This document shows, one piece after another, positions 19,194 to 29,062 of a stretch of DNA of 64,000 bases. The stretch covers positions 86,602 through 150,601 of IMG/VR virus record IMGVR_UViG_3300009964_000001; one strand, written 5' to 3'. The translations under genes and the position numbers were made by a program. Each line of letters begins with the position of its first letter. Within the stretch, counting starts at the first letter, position 1. The stretch comes from a virus. A model generated the notes under the pieces. That model was given only the letters and a program-made list of their open reading frames with translations. It did no database searches and was not told the origin of the DNA.

Positions 19194-20690
19194 ATGATCA
19201 ATTGTAAACAGATCAGAGACAAGATGTCGGTGTCTTATTTCGACGAAAACGGAAACATTGCGATATCTGACATAACAATAGACGATCGTGAAAAGTACGT
19301 ATGGACAAAGACAACCGAAGATGACAAGTTTCGAGACAAGACTTACGTATCTCAAGACGGATTCCCTGTGAAAAAAGAACGTAAGTCCTATCTCGACAAA
19401 TATCGCAAGATCGAGTTCTTGCTGTCTCTACCAGAACGTTTACAAGCGAAGATTTTCTCAAACAATCAGCCACGTAAGTTCTTCTGGGATATTGAAACAG
19501 AAGTTTTTGATGACTTCCCCGATGCTGGGAATCCTGTTGGGAGAATCTTCACGCATCAGTATTGTGATGAGTTCGGCAATGGTACTGTCATGGGCATCAA
19601 GCCACTTTCACAGACACAAATCGACTCTATCGAACAGAAGATCAACGACTATCTCTCACAGATCACCGATAAGACGCTTCATCAGAGATATAAGTTCCGT
19701 TACATTTACTACCCCGATGAGTTCACGATGAACAAAGACTTCGTCGAGAATCATGCAACAAAGATGCCGTGTATTTTCGGATGGAACGTGCTGAAGTTCG
19801 ATACAAGATACCTCGTCAACAGGTGTAAAAAGACGAACATTGATCCTACAATTCTCTCACCAAAGAGAATGCTTTACTCGACGATTGCGAAAGATAAGTT
19901 CGACCATTCATCGAAAATTGAAATCGAACTTCCTCTTCATCGACCAATCATCGACTACATGCAAATCTTCGAATTCTTTGATAGATCGATTAAACAGAAG
20001 TCATCAATGTCGCTCGATTTCATCGCATCAGAAATCCTTGGTGTCAAGAAGATCCATCATTCCGAAACTCTGATGGAACTCTATGAGAAGGACTATGAAC
20101 GTTACGTGCTTTATGGTATCATCGATACGTTCCTCGTGGCATTGATCGACAAGAAGTGTAGAACATTTGAATCAATGAGCGTTCTTGCAAATCTCCTACG
20201 TGTCGAAGTTGCACAGTCTATGTTCGTTAGTGTCGGGATCGAAACACTCTTGTGTGACTACTATTACAAGCATTACAACAAGGTGTTTGTAAAGGACTAT
20301 GACAAGCAGATTCCCGAAGGTGAAACTTATAGCGCAGGATTCGTTCTACAACCAGGTATTGGTGTTTATGATGGTATCGTCATCTATGACTACGAATCAT
20401 TGTTCCCTTCAATCATGCAGATGTTGAACGTCGGTGAAGATGTTTACCTCGGTCATACCGATGATCAAGGGAAAACCTACGTGGACAAACTCGGAGAAGA
20501 ACACGAACTTGACGAGACGATGTGCTATTCATCCAGTGGTGCAGTTTACTCGAAAAACAGAGATTCCGCAATTCGAACGATGATTTCGAACATGTTCAAT
20601 AAACGAGTAGAAGCAAAACACAAGGAAGCAGAAATCAAAGCAGATATTAATCACTTAAAGCAGATATTAAAAGATAACTTCGGACATTAA
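19194..20690 (+). CDS. Family-B DNA polymerase, N-terminal part only (3'-5' exonuclease domain + motif A)
   Basis: Exo I FWDIETE, Exo II GWNVLKFDTRYL, Exo III YVLYGIIDT, motif A DYESLFPSIM; ORF stops about 90 aa after motif A, motifs B/C absent. Confidence 0.8.
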   Translation: MINCKQIRDKMSVSYFDENGNIAISDITIDDREKYVWTKTTEDDKFRDKTYVSQDGFPVKKERKSYLDKYRKIEFLLSLPERLQAKIFSNNQPRKFFWDIETEVFDDFPDAGNPVGRIFTHQYCDEFGNGTVMGIKPLSQTQIDSIEQKINDYLSQITDKTLHQRYKFRYIYYPDEFTMNKDFVENHATKMPCIFGWNVLKFDTRYLVNRCKKTNIDPTILSPKRMLYSTIAKDKFDHSSKIEIELPLHRPIIDYMQIFEFFDRSIKQKSSMSLDFIASEILGVKKIHHSETLMELYEKDYERYVLYGIIDTFLVALIDKKCRTFESMSVLANLLRVEVAQSMFVSVGIETLLCDYYYKHYNKVFVKDYDKQIPEGETYSAGFVLQPGIGVYDGIVIYDYESLFPSIMQMLNVGEDVYLGHTDDQGKTYVDKLGEEHELDETMCYSSSGAVYSKNRDSAIRTMISNMFNKRVEAKHKEAEIKADINHLKQILKDNFGH

Positions 20691-20693
20691 AAG

Positions 20694-20951
20694 ATGGAAA
20701 TAAAACTGTTAGGAAAGAAGATACTCATAAAGCTCAATGAGGTCGAAAAGCAGGTCGATGGCTTCGAACTGGTACAACACAACGATGTAGACCAAACCGC
20801 AGGTGTTGTCTCGAATGTTGGGATAGGTGTTACAGAAGTCAAAGTCGGTGACAAAGTGATCGTCAACAAGTTCTCTGGTATTGAGGTTCTTATCGAAGGT
20901 GATAAGTTCAAGGTAGTAGAGGAACACGAAATATTAATCATTGTAAGATAG
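20694..20951 (+). CDS. groES: Co-chaperonin GroES (Cpn10)
   Basis: KILIKLNEVEKQ...VKVGDKVIVNKFSGIEV...EHEILIIV aligns along full GroES. Confidence 0.8.
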   Translation: MEIKLLGKKILIKLNEVEKQVDGFELVQHNDVDQTAGVVSNVGIGVTEVKVGDKVIVNKFSGIEVLIEGDKFKVVEEHEILIIVR

Positions 20952-20956
20952 ACTGA

Positions 20957-22546
20957 ATGAACGCTGTAGACATTAAAAGCGGATCAGAAGCCAGAGAACT
21001 GATCCTTATTGGTGCAAAGAAGATCCATGACGCTGTAGGATCAACACTGGGACCTGGTGGTCGAAATGTCATCATCAAGCACAACACGTACGATGTACCA
21101 CAGGTCACTAAAGATGGTGTGACTGTAGCAAGAAAGATGAAGCTACAGAACTATTGGCACAACATTGGCTGTCAGCTCGTAAAGCAGGCATCAATGCGAA
21201 CAGCAGTTGATGCAGGTGATGGAACAACTTCCTCTGTCGTCATGGCGTACACGATGATGAAGCTGATCGATGAACTTCTTGAGGAAAATCCTGATATCGA
21301 TGTTCACCGACTTCGTCATGAGATGGAGAAGATGAAAGATGTCCTCATTGAACGACTTCGGGAAATCTCCACACCAATCGTTGATATTCAGCAGGTGTTC
21401 GATATTGCAAAGATCTCTACGAACAACGATGAGAAACTTGCAGGGTTACTTTCCGAGATTTATGGGAAGATTGGTAAAGATGGGATAATCGTTCTCGAAC
21501 AATCACAACTTTCGAATATCACCTATTCGATCGAATCTGGATTCCGATTTGACGGAGGATGGCAATCTCACTATTTCGTAAAGGACAAGTCAAAGATGTC
21601 GTTCGAATCTGACGATTGTGCAATCTTCATCACAAATCACAAGATCCAAGACGGCAAGACAATGCTGAATGCGCTTTCAAGGATCTACGGCACAGGTGTC
21701 CGTGATCTACTGATCATTGCGGAAAATATCGAAGGTGAAGCGTTATCGACTTTGATCGCCAATAATCAGAGTGGAAAGATGAACATTTGTCTTGTCAATC
21801 CTCCGTATTATGGACAGAAGCGTGAAGAATACCTCACTGACCTCTCCATTTCGCTTGGTATGAAGCCACTTATGGTGGGAGATCAGTCCGTGTCACCTCT
21901 CTCGTTTACAGAAGAGTACTTCTCTTGCGGTCGAAGCGTCTTTGTGGATAAAAGCACCACGACGATCAGAAATGACAAGGAAAGTGTATCGTCTGCAGTC
22001 GAAGAGCATATTTCGAATCTGAAGTCTCTTATGGATTCTGAAGATGAAGACAAGGAATGGATCGAAAAGAGAATAGCGACCTTAAGATCATCAGTTGCCG
22101 TCATAAAAGTTGGTGGTAATTCTGAATCTGAGGTTTATGAACACAAGGACAGACTTGAGGATGCGATTTGTGCTATAAGATCGGCATACAAGGACGGCAT
22201 AGTTGCAGGTTGTGGCATTACGTACATACGACTAATCTCTGCGCTTGATCCTTCTCTTGACACGTTCCATATCTTGAAATCTGGACTTGAATCCGTGTTC
22301 AAGAAGATAATGGACAACTCGTGCATATCAGAAGAAGAAAGATCATCGATTCTCTACTTTGTTGCCGAAGATGAAGGATACGGTTATGATGCCAAGAAGC
22401 GTGAGAAGTCGTACAATTCGATCAGAGATGGTATCATTGACTCGGCACGTGTTATAAAAAACTGTATCGAGAATTCGATATCTGTCGCTATCATGTTCAT
22501 GATCTCTGACAACATAGTCATGGAAATCGATGAATCGATAATCTAA
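20957..22546 (+). CDS. groEL: Chaperonin GroEL (Cpn60)-like
   Basis: AVGSTLGPGGRNVII, DAGDGTTSSVVMA (GroEL AGDGTTTATVLA), 529 aa. Confidence 0.85.
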   Translation: MNAVDIKSGSEARELILIGAKKIHDAVGSTLGPGGRNVIIKHNTYDVPQVTKDGVTVARKMKLQNYWHNIGCQLVKQASMRTAVDAGDGTTSSVVMAYTMMKLIDELLEENPDIDVHRLRHEMEKMKDVLIERLREISTPIVDIQQVFDIAKISTNNDEKLAGLLSEIYGKIGKDGIIVLEQSQLSNITYSIESGFRFDGGWQSHYFVKDKSKMSFESDDCAIFITNHKIQDGKTMLNALSRIYGTGVRDLLIIAENIEGEALSTLIANNQSGKMNICLVNPPYYGQKREEYLTDLSISLGMKPLMVGDQSVSPLSFTEEYFSCGRSVFVDKSTTTIRNDKESVSSAVEEHISNLKSLMDSEDEDKEWIEKRIATLRSSVAVIKVGGNSESEVYEHKDRLEDAICAIRSAYKDGIVAGCGITYIRLISALDPSLDTFHILKSGLESVFKKIMDNSCISEEERSSILYFVAEDEGYGYDAKKREKSYNSIRDGIIDSARVIKNCIENSISVAIMFMISDNIVMEIDESII

Positions 22547-22626
22547 AGAGAAACTATGACACCCAGTAGATTCATAAGAAACTCGAAAACAGAACTTTTA
22601 AACAACATCATCAGTCAATCATTATT

Positions 22627-23766
22627 ATGAGCAACGAAGTTTTTGATTTTGGTGGGATTTTCGACATGAAGTCCGATGACTTCAAGCAGAAGGAAACCAC
22701 CCAATTCTCCAACCCAGACTTTTACTCTCCTCGCATCGACGACGAGAATGTAAAGGACAACATCTATCAGTCAAAGCTGAGATTCCTGCCAAATGTCAAC
22801 GTCGCCCCCAACGGAGAGCGCACGAACATCGTAGTAAAGCACGTCTACTACGTTCCCGATCCAGACAACCCTGGGCAGAAGTGCTACATCGATGCTCCAT
22901 CGAACGAACCTAAGGCGAAGGATATCGCATCTGTGGCGTTCATGATGTTCGGCTACGATAAGAGCAAGATCTACAGGTCTGACGCTCCTGCAATCGTCAA
23001 GAAGAACGCAAAGCAATTGAAGCGCAACACCTACCACTACTCTTTGGTGCAGGTCATCAAGGACACACAGCACCCCGAACTCGAAGGATCTGTAAAGATC
23101 TTCAGATATGGTGGTGTGATCTACGAGAAGATCATGCAACTTATCAATGGTAACCCAGCTCTGGGGATTAACCCAATCATCCCCTTCGATCCTCTCAATG
23201 GTAAGGAATTCATCATGGTTCTTTCCAAGGGTCAGAATGATCAAGGTCAAGAGCTGAACACCTACATGCAGTCGAGATTCGTCGATGATCGTTCCGCAAT
23301 CACGATCGGTGGAAAGCAGATGACGGATTCCAATGAGGATAAGCAGGAAATCTTCAACTTCCTCAAGGAAAAGTCTCCCGATCTCTCGCAGACCATGTTC
23401 CAAAAGATGACGGAAGACGACGTTGAGCGTCTCAATCGGGCAGTCCGTGATGTTCTCGACGATGATAAGTACTTCGCTATGGCTTATCAAGCCTGCTATG
23501 GGAAGCCATTTACCCCCGATGCAGTCCGTGAATCTGTCGTGTCCACAGAGAAGTACGACGATGAAGAAGTCGAAGTCGAAGAAGAGATAGTCGAAGAACC
23601 AGTGAAGAAAGCTCCACGACGAGAAGAACCAGCATCTTCTACGATGTCCAAGTTCAAGTCCCTCAAGGACGAAGCTGAAAAGCCTGCACCTGCAAAGAAG
23701 CCGACCGATAAGCCATCGATCTCTGACATGATGGAAGATATCGATGACGATCTCGACTTTGAATAA
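22627..23766 (+). CDS. ssDNA-binding protein, T4 gp32-like, with acidic C-terminal tail
   Basis: SKLRFLPN...NIVVKHVYYVP (gp32 AVIRFLPSKN...AILVNHGF); C-terminus DMMEDIDDDLDFE. Confidence 0.5.
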   Translation: MSNEVFDFGGIFDMKSDDFKQKETTQFSNPDFYSPRIDDENVKDNIYQSKLRFLPNVNVAPNGERTNIVVKHVYYVPDPDNPGQKCYIDAPSNEPKAKDIASVAFMMFGYDKSKIYRSDAPAIVKKNAKQLKRNTYHYSLVQVIKDTQHPELEGSVKIFRYGGVIYEKIMQLINGNPALGINPIIPFDPLNGKEFIMVLSKGQNDQGQELNTYMQSRFVDDRSAITIGGKQMTDSNEDKQEIFNFLKEKSPDLSQTMFQKMTEDDVERLNRAVRDVLDDDKYFAMAYQACYGKPFTPDAVRESVVSTEKYDDEEVEVEEEIVEEPVKKAPRREEPASSTMSKFKSLKDEAEKPAPAKKPTDKPSISDMMEDIDDDLDFE

Positions 23767-23788
23767 CTGATTGATGTTTAGTTGAAGT

Positions 23789-25021
23789 TTGAAGTCCCCT
23801 TGGATGAATGAAAATCTCCAAGGGGACTTCTGTATAAGATGGATGATGGAAAATATGCAAGGAATCTTCGATTTTTCTACAGAGAACCAATCGTTTTCTC
23901 ATGATGAATTCATAAGAAAATTCATACCTCTGTTCAAATCTGTACTCGTATCCAAGTTCGGTACGTCATACAAAGCGAAGATAAGTATGACAAACCGTGA
24001 TATCAATTGTGGGTGTCCACATTGTGGAGATGGTAGCAGTTCATACAAGAGGAGATTTCACATATACTTCCAAAACTACTCATTTAAATGCTATAACGAT
24101 TGTCATAAGCCGTTTGGCTCTTTGTACAATCTCATACACGAGTACGGACTTCAGTACAGTTTCACTCATGTAGAACTTGCTCACATCAAGCGAGTTTTCG
24201 AGGACTTCATGAAAAGTGGTCTTGCGAAAACCGATAAATCGATCAAAGTCACTGGTCGTGACATAATCGACAAAGATGGTCACATATCGACGCAAGTCCC
24301 AGAAGTCAACGATTATGCATTTCCAAGAGAAGAGATAATGGGTGCAAAGCATCTCCGAGAAGTCAGAAGATCACCTGCACTTCTTGAATATCTCCGACGA
24401 AGAGCAGTGATCACGGACAAAACTGATCTCTATGAAGACAGGTTGAGAACGTTTGCCTATAACGAACGTTATGAAGACCTTTATGTTTTCAATCTTGCGA
24501 AGAACATGCGTGACATCATTGGTGTGCAAATCAAACACCTATCTCCGAAGTCACGGAGAAGGTTCACGACTATGTCATGGTCTAAAATATGGACTGACAT
24601 CTTCCAACTGCAACCGAAGGACTTCGAAGAGCTTTCCGTGAAGTTCGACAAGATATCAATGATATGGAACTCGTTACATATTGACTTCTCTCGAAGATAC
24701 AACATCCTTGAAGGGACTTTCGATGCCTACTTTGTGGATAACTCGATCGCATGTTGGGGACTTTCCAACTTTGTCTATAACAAGAGCGCATACTACATCA
24801 CCGACAACACGCTCCTTGATATGGCAGGCAAAAAGAAGTCATTGGAACTGATAAACGGTGGTTACAACACTTTCTTGTGGGCAAAGTTTGCAGAAGATTT
24901 CCCAGATGTGGCTTACTCGTGCAAAGATATGAACGACATCGTGAGAAAATTCCCAAACTTTAACATGAATGTTTTAGAGAAATACTTTGGTAGTGATGAA
25001 TTTGATACACTTTACATATGA
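23789..25021 (+). CDS. DNA primase (zinc-ribbon + TOPRIM; T4 gp61/T7 gp4-primase-like)
   Basis: CGCPHCGDG...FKCYNDCH Zn ribbon; TOPRIM ILEGTFDAYFVD and DNTLLDMAG. Confidence 0.6.
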   Translation: MKSPWMNENLQGDFCIRWMMENMQGIFDFSTENQSFSHDEFIRKFIPLFKSVLVSKFGTSYKAKISMTNRDINCGCPHCGDGSSSYKRRFHIYFQNYSFKCYNDCHKPFGSLYNLIHEYGLQYSFTHVELAHIKRVFEDFMKSGLAKTDKSIKVTGRDIIDKDGHISTQVPEVNDYAFPREEIMGAKHLREVRRSPALLEYLRRRAVITDKTDLYEDRLRTFAYNERYEDLYVFNLAKNMRDIIGVQIKHLSPKSRRRFTTMSWSKIWTDIFQLQPKDFEELSVKFDKISMIWNSLHIDFSRRYNILEGTFDAYFVDNSIACWGLSNFVYNKSAYYITDNTLLDMAGKKKSLELINGGYNTFLWAKFAEDFPDVAYSCKDMNDIVRKFPNFNMNVLEKYFGSDEFDTLYI

Positions 25022-25142
25022 ACAAGAAGAAAAGAAAGAAGAACGCTAATGTTGATGTGACGAAAATAGTCACCAACGGCATAATTGCGATTATTGTCTT
25101 GATGCTCGTGATGGTTATTATTCAATCGATCATTCTCATTTG
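25017..25142 (+). CDS. Possible 41-aa single-TM peptide (MNKKKRKKNANVDVTKIVTNGIIAIIVLMLVMVIIQSIILI)
   Basis: ATGA overlap with primase stop; hydrophobic core; below track size cutoff. Confidence 0.25.
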
Positions 25143-25289
25143 AGAAGACAAGGAAGAAGACAAGGAACGTTTTGATGATTAGAGATTGTGGAGGGTGGTC
25201 GGATGAGAAAATCTGGCCACTCTCCACGACATATAAAAACGACGAAAGAAACACATAAAAATCAACAACAAATAACAATAACCAACAAA

Positions 25290-25412
25290 ATGATCCGTAA
25301 GATCTTAAATACGTTAGTAGTGATCGGTGCATCACTTTTTCTCATCTTGATCATGTCCATGATCGTTTTCATCGTATCGTGTATTATGGTCATCATGAGT
25401 TTCTTCATGTAA
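25290..25412 (+). CDS. Small hydrophobic peptide (MIRKILNTLVVIGASLFLILIMSMIVFIVSCIMVIMSFFM)
   Basis: ATG within track ORF 25188..25412. Confidence 0.3.
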   Translation: MIRKILNTLVVIGASLFLILIMSMIVFIVSCIMVIMSFFM

Positions 25413-25435
25413 GTACTATAAAAGCACGCTGGAAA

Positions 25436-25648
25436 ATGGACGATTTAAAGCAAAACATAGTAATAGCGATAATCTCAATAATAATAACCGCAATATTCGG
25501 ACTTTTGGTTATCTCGATATCTGATTTCATAGATTCGAGGTCATCAAAAGACAATCTGATAAAGTACAACTATCACATATCAGAACCAGAACCTGCAATA
25601 GTTATTGGTGAAGGCGATGATGATAGTAGCAATTCGTGGTCGTTCTGA
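25436..25648 (+). CDS. Small membrane protein
   Basis: ATG within track ORF 25379..25648; TM segment IVIAIISIIITAIFGLLVISI. Confidence 0.35.
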   Translation: MDDLKQNIVIAIISIIITAIFGLLVISISDFIDSRSSKDNLIKYNYHISEPEPAIVIGEGDDDSSNSWSF

Positions 25649-25701
25649 AAATATGCCGTCTTTTAAATAACGAAACCTTTATACCTCGGTGTTGAAAGAC
25701 G

Positions 25702-25932
25702 ATGAAGATGACGATCAAAGATTGTATAATAGACGTTTGTAAGTCTATAGGAAAAGTCTCAATTTCTGATATCTTGAAGTATGTTCGGAACAGTGGATGG
25801 TTTGAGAAGGATCTTTCCATTGACATTGATGATGACGACAAGGTTAGTATCGGAAAAATACAAAAGTTCATAAGAGACGGCATAGACACCATAACAGAAT
25901 CAGAGGATGAAGAAGTAAACTCGGAGGAATAA
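25702..25932 (+). CDS. Small acidic protein; late-promoter-like motif upstream
   Basis: ORF + TTTTAAATAACGAAA at about 25661. Confidence 0.4.
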   Translation: MKMTIKDCIIDVCKSIGKVSISDILKYVRNSGWFEKDLSIDIDDDDKVSIGKIQKFIRDGIDTITESEDEEVNSEE

Positions 25933-25934
25933 CA

Positions 25935-26345
25935 ATGACGATCAAATCATACATCAATCAACTCGAAGACAGAGACATCATCCGAGCATATGTCGCCTGT
26001 GTAATTCATCAGTACGAGGATAAAGTCGGAACTAAAGATCCCGATGCGTTCGTGAAACTGGAATACGAAGATGTTTCCAAACATATCGATGAAATAATCA
26101 AGAGCGCAAGAGAGACGTTCATGTGTTACGCTACCGATGAGGAAGAAATGATAGAGTTCGTCAAGAACGACGGATATATCGAACTTCTCCGAGAAGGAGG
26201 TGACTATGAAGATGTCCTGCAAATGTACGGAGGTGATGAAAACGCCATGTTTGTCGCCTATTTCTATGACCTTATAGAAGATGGTGTGTTTGAACACGAC
26301 GGTTACTATTTCTACATGACGGCAAATGACTACGAACGTCAGTAA
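25935..26345 (+). CDS. Paralog array member 1 (about 130-aa acidic protein, C-terminal GYYF)
   Basis: Shares N-terminal Y-I-x-x-L/E-D and C-terminal DGYYF with members 2-10. Confidence 0.6.
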   Translation: MTIKSYINQLEDRDIIRAYVACVIHQYEDKVGTKDPDAFVKLEYEDVSKHIDEIIKSARETFMCYATDEEEMIEFVKNDGYIELLREGGDYEDVLQMYGGDENAMFVAYFYDLIEDGVFEHDGYYFYMTANDYERQ

Positions 26346-26384
26346 TAATCGTCACAAATAAAAAAATCATAATAGGAAAAGAAA

Positions 26385-26780
26385 ATGACTGCAGAAGAAT
26401 ATATCAGATCGTTATCAGACAAAGATCTCATCTTTGCGTATATCGAATGTATTATACAAGAAGCACTCACAGGTGTGGAATTTGAAGATTTTGACATTTT
26501 CATGTTTCACAAAGAATATGAAGATGTCAAAGATGATATCGATACACTTGTAGAACAGGCTCGTGATCGTGCGCTCACCGATTATCGAATCACATCTGAA
26601 GGAGATATTCTTAGATACTACGATGAAACCTGTCATGGTCATGAAAACGATCCAGATGTCCAAGAAGGAAGAAAGAGATTCGAAGATGATCCATTAGGAA
26701 TGCTCCACCAATTACTCGATACGATGAGTGATAACTGGGCTGAATACAATGGTTATTATTTCGTAGTTGGTGCTTGGTAG
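26385..26780 (+). CDS. Paralog array member 2
   Basis: MTAEEYIRSLSDKDLIFAYIECI...EQARDRA...NGYYF. Confidence 0.6.
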   Translation: MTAEEYIRSLSDKDLIFAYIECIIQEALTGVEFEDFDIFMFHKEYEDVKDDIDTLVEQARDRALTDYRITSEGDILRYYDETCHGHENDPDVQEGRKRFEDDPLGMLHQLLDTMSDNWAEYNGYYFVVGAW

Positions 26781-26813
26781 TCTCACGTTTGTACATAAAG
26801 AAATCGTAAAACA

Positions 26814-27203
26814 ATGACTGTAAGAGAATATATCAACACATTTGAAGACGCAGGTCTCATTCTTGCGCATATCGAACTTGTCAAAGATGGAAAGTATGGG
26901 AAAGAAACCGTGGATTTTGATATCGACAACGATGAAATCGAAGATGTTAAAGCGAAGGTCGATAAGCTCATATACAAATCATTCGATAGGTGCGTGTACC
27001 CAGATCCAATAAGAACTGAGGAAGACATCTATGAGTATCTCAAGACTTGTGTTTGTTATGGTACTGATGATGATCCAACATACTTAGAATATAAGGCGAT
27101 ATGGGAAAAAGATCCATGGACTAAGTTCTTCCAATCGGTTGACGAACAGTGCCCTTGGTTTGAACAAGATGGCTACTACTTCATGGACACTTATAACATG
27201 TAA
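26814..27203 (+). CDS. Paralog array member 3
   Basis: MTVREYINTFEDAGLILAHIELV...DPWTKF...DGYYF. Confidence 0.6.
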   Translation: MTVREYINTFEDAGLILAHIELVKDGKYGKETVDFDIDNDEIEDVKAKVDKLIYKSFDRCVYPDPIRTEEDIYEYLKTCVCYGTDDDPTYLEYKAIWEKDPWTKFFQSVDEQCPWFEQDGYYFMDTYNM

Positions 27204-27218
27204 AAGAGAAAAAGAAAC

Positions 27219-27620
27219 ATGACTGCAGAACAATACATCAAATCGTTACCTGATTCGGAGCTTATTCTCTCTTATATTGCGTTGGCAGTATCTGAAGACA
27301 TCGAAGGCACGGAAGGTATGGATGCCGACATCAACAACGATGAGTACGAAGATGTTAAAGATCAAGTCGATACACTTATCGAACAAGCTCGTGATCGTGC
27401 GATCACCAATTATCCCATAAGATCTGAAGAAGATACTCTCAAATACTTCGAAGACACCTATGGTGAATTTATTGAGAATAATGAGGATCTCCAAGAATAT
27501 GGGAAGAAATGGAAGGAAAATCCATGGAAGGAATTCCGAGATTCTCTTAATGAAGTGAAAGCTTATTACAAAAACGGTAAGTGGTACGAACATAATGACT
27601 ATTACTTCATAGTCTGGTAA
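27219..27620 (+). CDS. Paralog array member 4
   Basis: MTAEQYIKSLPDSELILSYIALA...EQARDRAITNYPIRSEEDTLKYFED...NPWKEF. Confidence 0.6.
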   Translation: MTAEQYIKSLPDSELILSYIALAVSEDIEGTEGMDADINNDEYEDVKDQVDTLIEQARDRAITNYPIRSEEDTLKYFEDTYGEFIENNEDLQEYGKKWKENPWKEFRDSLNEVKAYYKNGKWYEHNDYYFIVW

Positions 27621-27666
27621 CACAAGTTTGTATATAAAGAAATATTAATAAGAAGAAAGAAGAAAT

Positions 27667-28008
27667 ATGATGCTAATAGAATATATCAGGACGCTACCTA
27701 ATGGTGAACTCATCGAAGCGTATATGGGATCTCTCACAATTGGACAAATGAGAGATGAGGAAATTATTGATATGTACGAACAACATGCTCGTGAACGTCT
27801 AATCTTTGATTATCCAGTGCATAAGGGGGATATTATGAGAGTCTTTGACGAAATGTTTCCTAATTGGGAAAACGATCCAGATCTCGTAGAAGAAAGAAAG
27901 CAATGGGAAGAATATCCATGGTATAAGCTACGACAAGCACTTGATGCAGCGTATGGTAATAATTGGCATGAATACCAAAGTTATTATTTCGTTGATGATG
28001 TTCGATAG
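27667..28008 (+). CDS. Paralog array member 5
   Basis: IEYIRTLPNGELIEAYMGS...YPWYKL...SYYF. Confidence 0.55.
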   Translation: MMLIEYIRTLPNGELIEAYMGSLTIGQMRDEEIIDMYEQHARERLIFDYPVHKGDIMRVFDEMFPNWENDPDLVEERKQWEEYPWYKLRQALDAAYGNNWHEYQSYYFVDDVR

Positions 28009-28051
28009 CACAGTTCACTCACGAAAACACTAATAGAAAATAACAAGTCAA

Positions 28052-28096
28052 ATGTGGCGAAAGATTTGAATCTTTCGCCACATTTGTATATAAAAG
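28052..28096 (+). promoter_or_regulatory. Hairpin (atgtggcgaaagat/tctttcgccacat) fused to TTGTATATAAAAG promoter-like box upstream of array member 6
   Basis: Near-identical module recurs at 28992-29037 with compensatory stem changes. Confidence 0.45.
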
Positions 28097-28125
28097 AAAA
28101 AAACGATCTTAATAGAAAAGATAAA

Positions 28126-28518
28126 ATGACTGTAGAAGAATATATCAAGACGCTACCCGACGCAGAACTCATCTTTGCGTATATTGCATGCGCTGGAACA
28201 GAAGATATCGACGTAGGTGAAGACCTTCGTGAACTCGATATAGAGAACGATGAATATGAAGACTTTAGTTATGAAACCGAAGAACTCGTAGAACAAGCAC
28301 GTGACCGTGCCATAGCTGAATACCCTATCAGTTCTAAGGAAGATGCTCTGAGATACTTCGATGAGTGCTATGGTGAAGACCTCGAGTATGATGAAGATCT
28401 CGTAGAATGGAGAAAGAAATGGGAAGAAGATCCATGGAGTCAGTTCTATCACGTACTTGACGAAATGGGTGATTGGTATGAAGATAACGGTTATCACTTC
28501 AGAGCTGAAGAGTGGTAA
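28126..28518 (+). CDS. Paralog array member 6 (track ORF 28054..28518; probable start at MTVEEYIKTLPD)
   Basis: MTVEEYIKTLPDAELIFAYIACA...EQARDRAIAEYPISSKEDALRYFDE...DPWSQF. Confidence 0.6.
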   Translation: MTVEEYIKTLPDAELIFAYIACAGTEDIDVGEDLRELDIENDEYEDFSYETEELVEQARDRAIAEYPISSKEDALRYFDECYGEDLEYDEDLVEWRKKWEEDPWSQFYHVLDEMGDWYEDNGYHFRAEEW

Positions 28519-28536
28519 TAAGAAGAAAAGAGAAGT

Positions 28537-28980
28537 ATGATTGTAAAAGAGTATATCGAAAAGTCAGAGTACGCAGGTACAGTTTTTGCATATATCGAAT
28601 GTGTTACAAAAGAAGGCATCGATGATGAGCATTTACGTGGTCTCGATATAGAGAACGACGAATATGAAGATAATAAAAAACAAGTCGATGAACTCATAGA
28701 ACAGGCAACCTATTGTTCTATCGCTGATTATCCAATCCTCACCGAAAAAGATACTTGGAGGTACTTTGAGGATCGCTATTGGAGATACTATGGTGATGAC
28801 GGAGAGTACATAAAGCTCATAGAACAGAAGCCTAAATGGATGGAAGACCCATGGGGCAAGTTCCATCGATTGGTTGAGAGAACTATAGATGCTTTCAACA
28901 AGAAAACTAATGGTAACGATGCTTTGTATGAAAGCGGAGGTTACTACTTTATGATCGATGCTGGAAGAGTACGATCATAA
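28537..28980 (+). CDS. Paralog array member 7
   Basis: MIVKEYIEKSEYAGTVFAYIECV...DPWGKF...GGYYF. Confidence 0.55.
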   Translation: MIVKEYIEKSEYAGTVFAYIECVTKEGIDDEHLRGLDIENDEYEDNKKQVDELIEQATYCSIADYPILTEKDTWRYFEDRYWRYYGDDGEYIKLIEQKPKWMEDPWGKFHRLVERTIDAFNKKTNGNDALYESGGYYFMIDAGRVRS

Positions 28981-28991
28981 TAGAAAATCGA

Positions 28992-29037
28992 GATGTGGCG
29001 AAAGGTTCAAACCTTTCGCCACATCTGTATATAAAAG
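28992..29037 (+). promoter_or_regulatory. Second copy of hairpin + TGTATATAAAAG module upstream of array member 8
   Basis: gatgtggcgaaaggtt-caa-acctttcgccacatc then tgtatataaaag. Confidence 0.45.
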
Positions 29038-29062
29038 AAAAAAACAAAAACCTCACGAAAAT

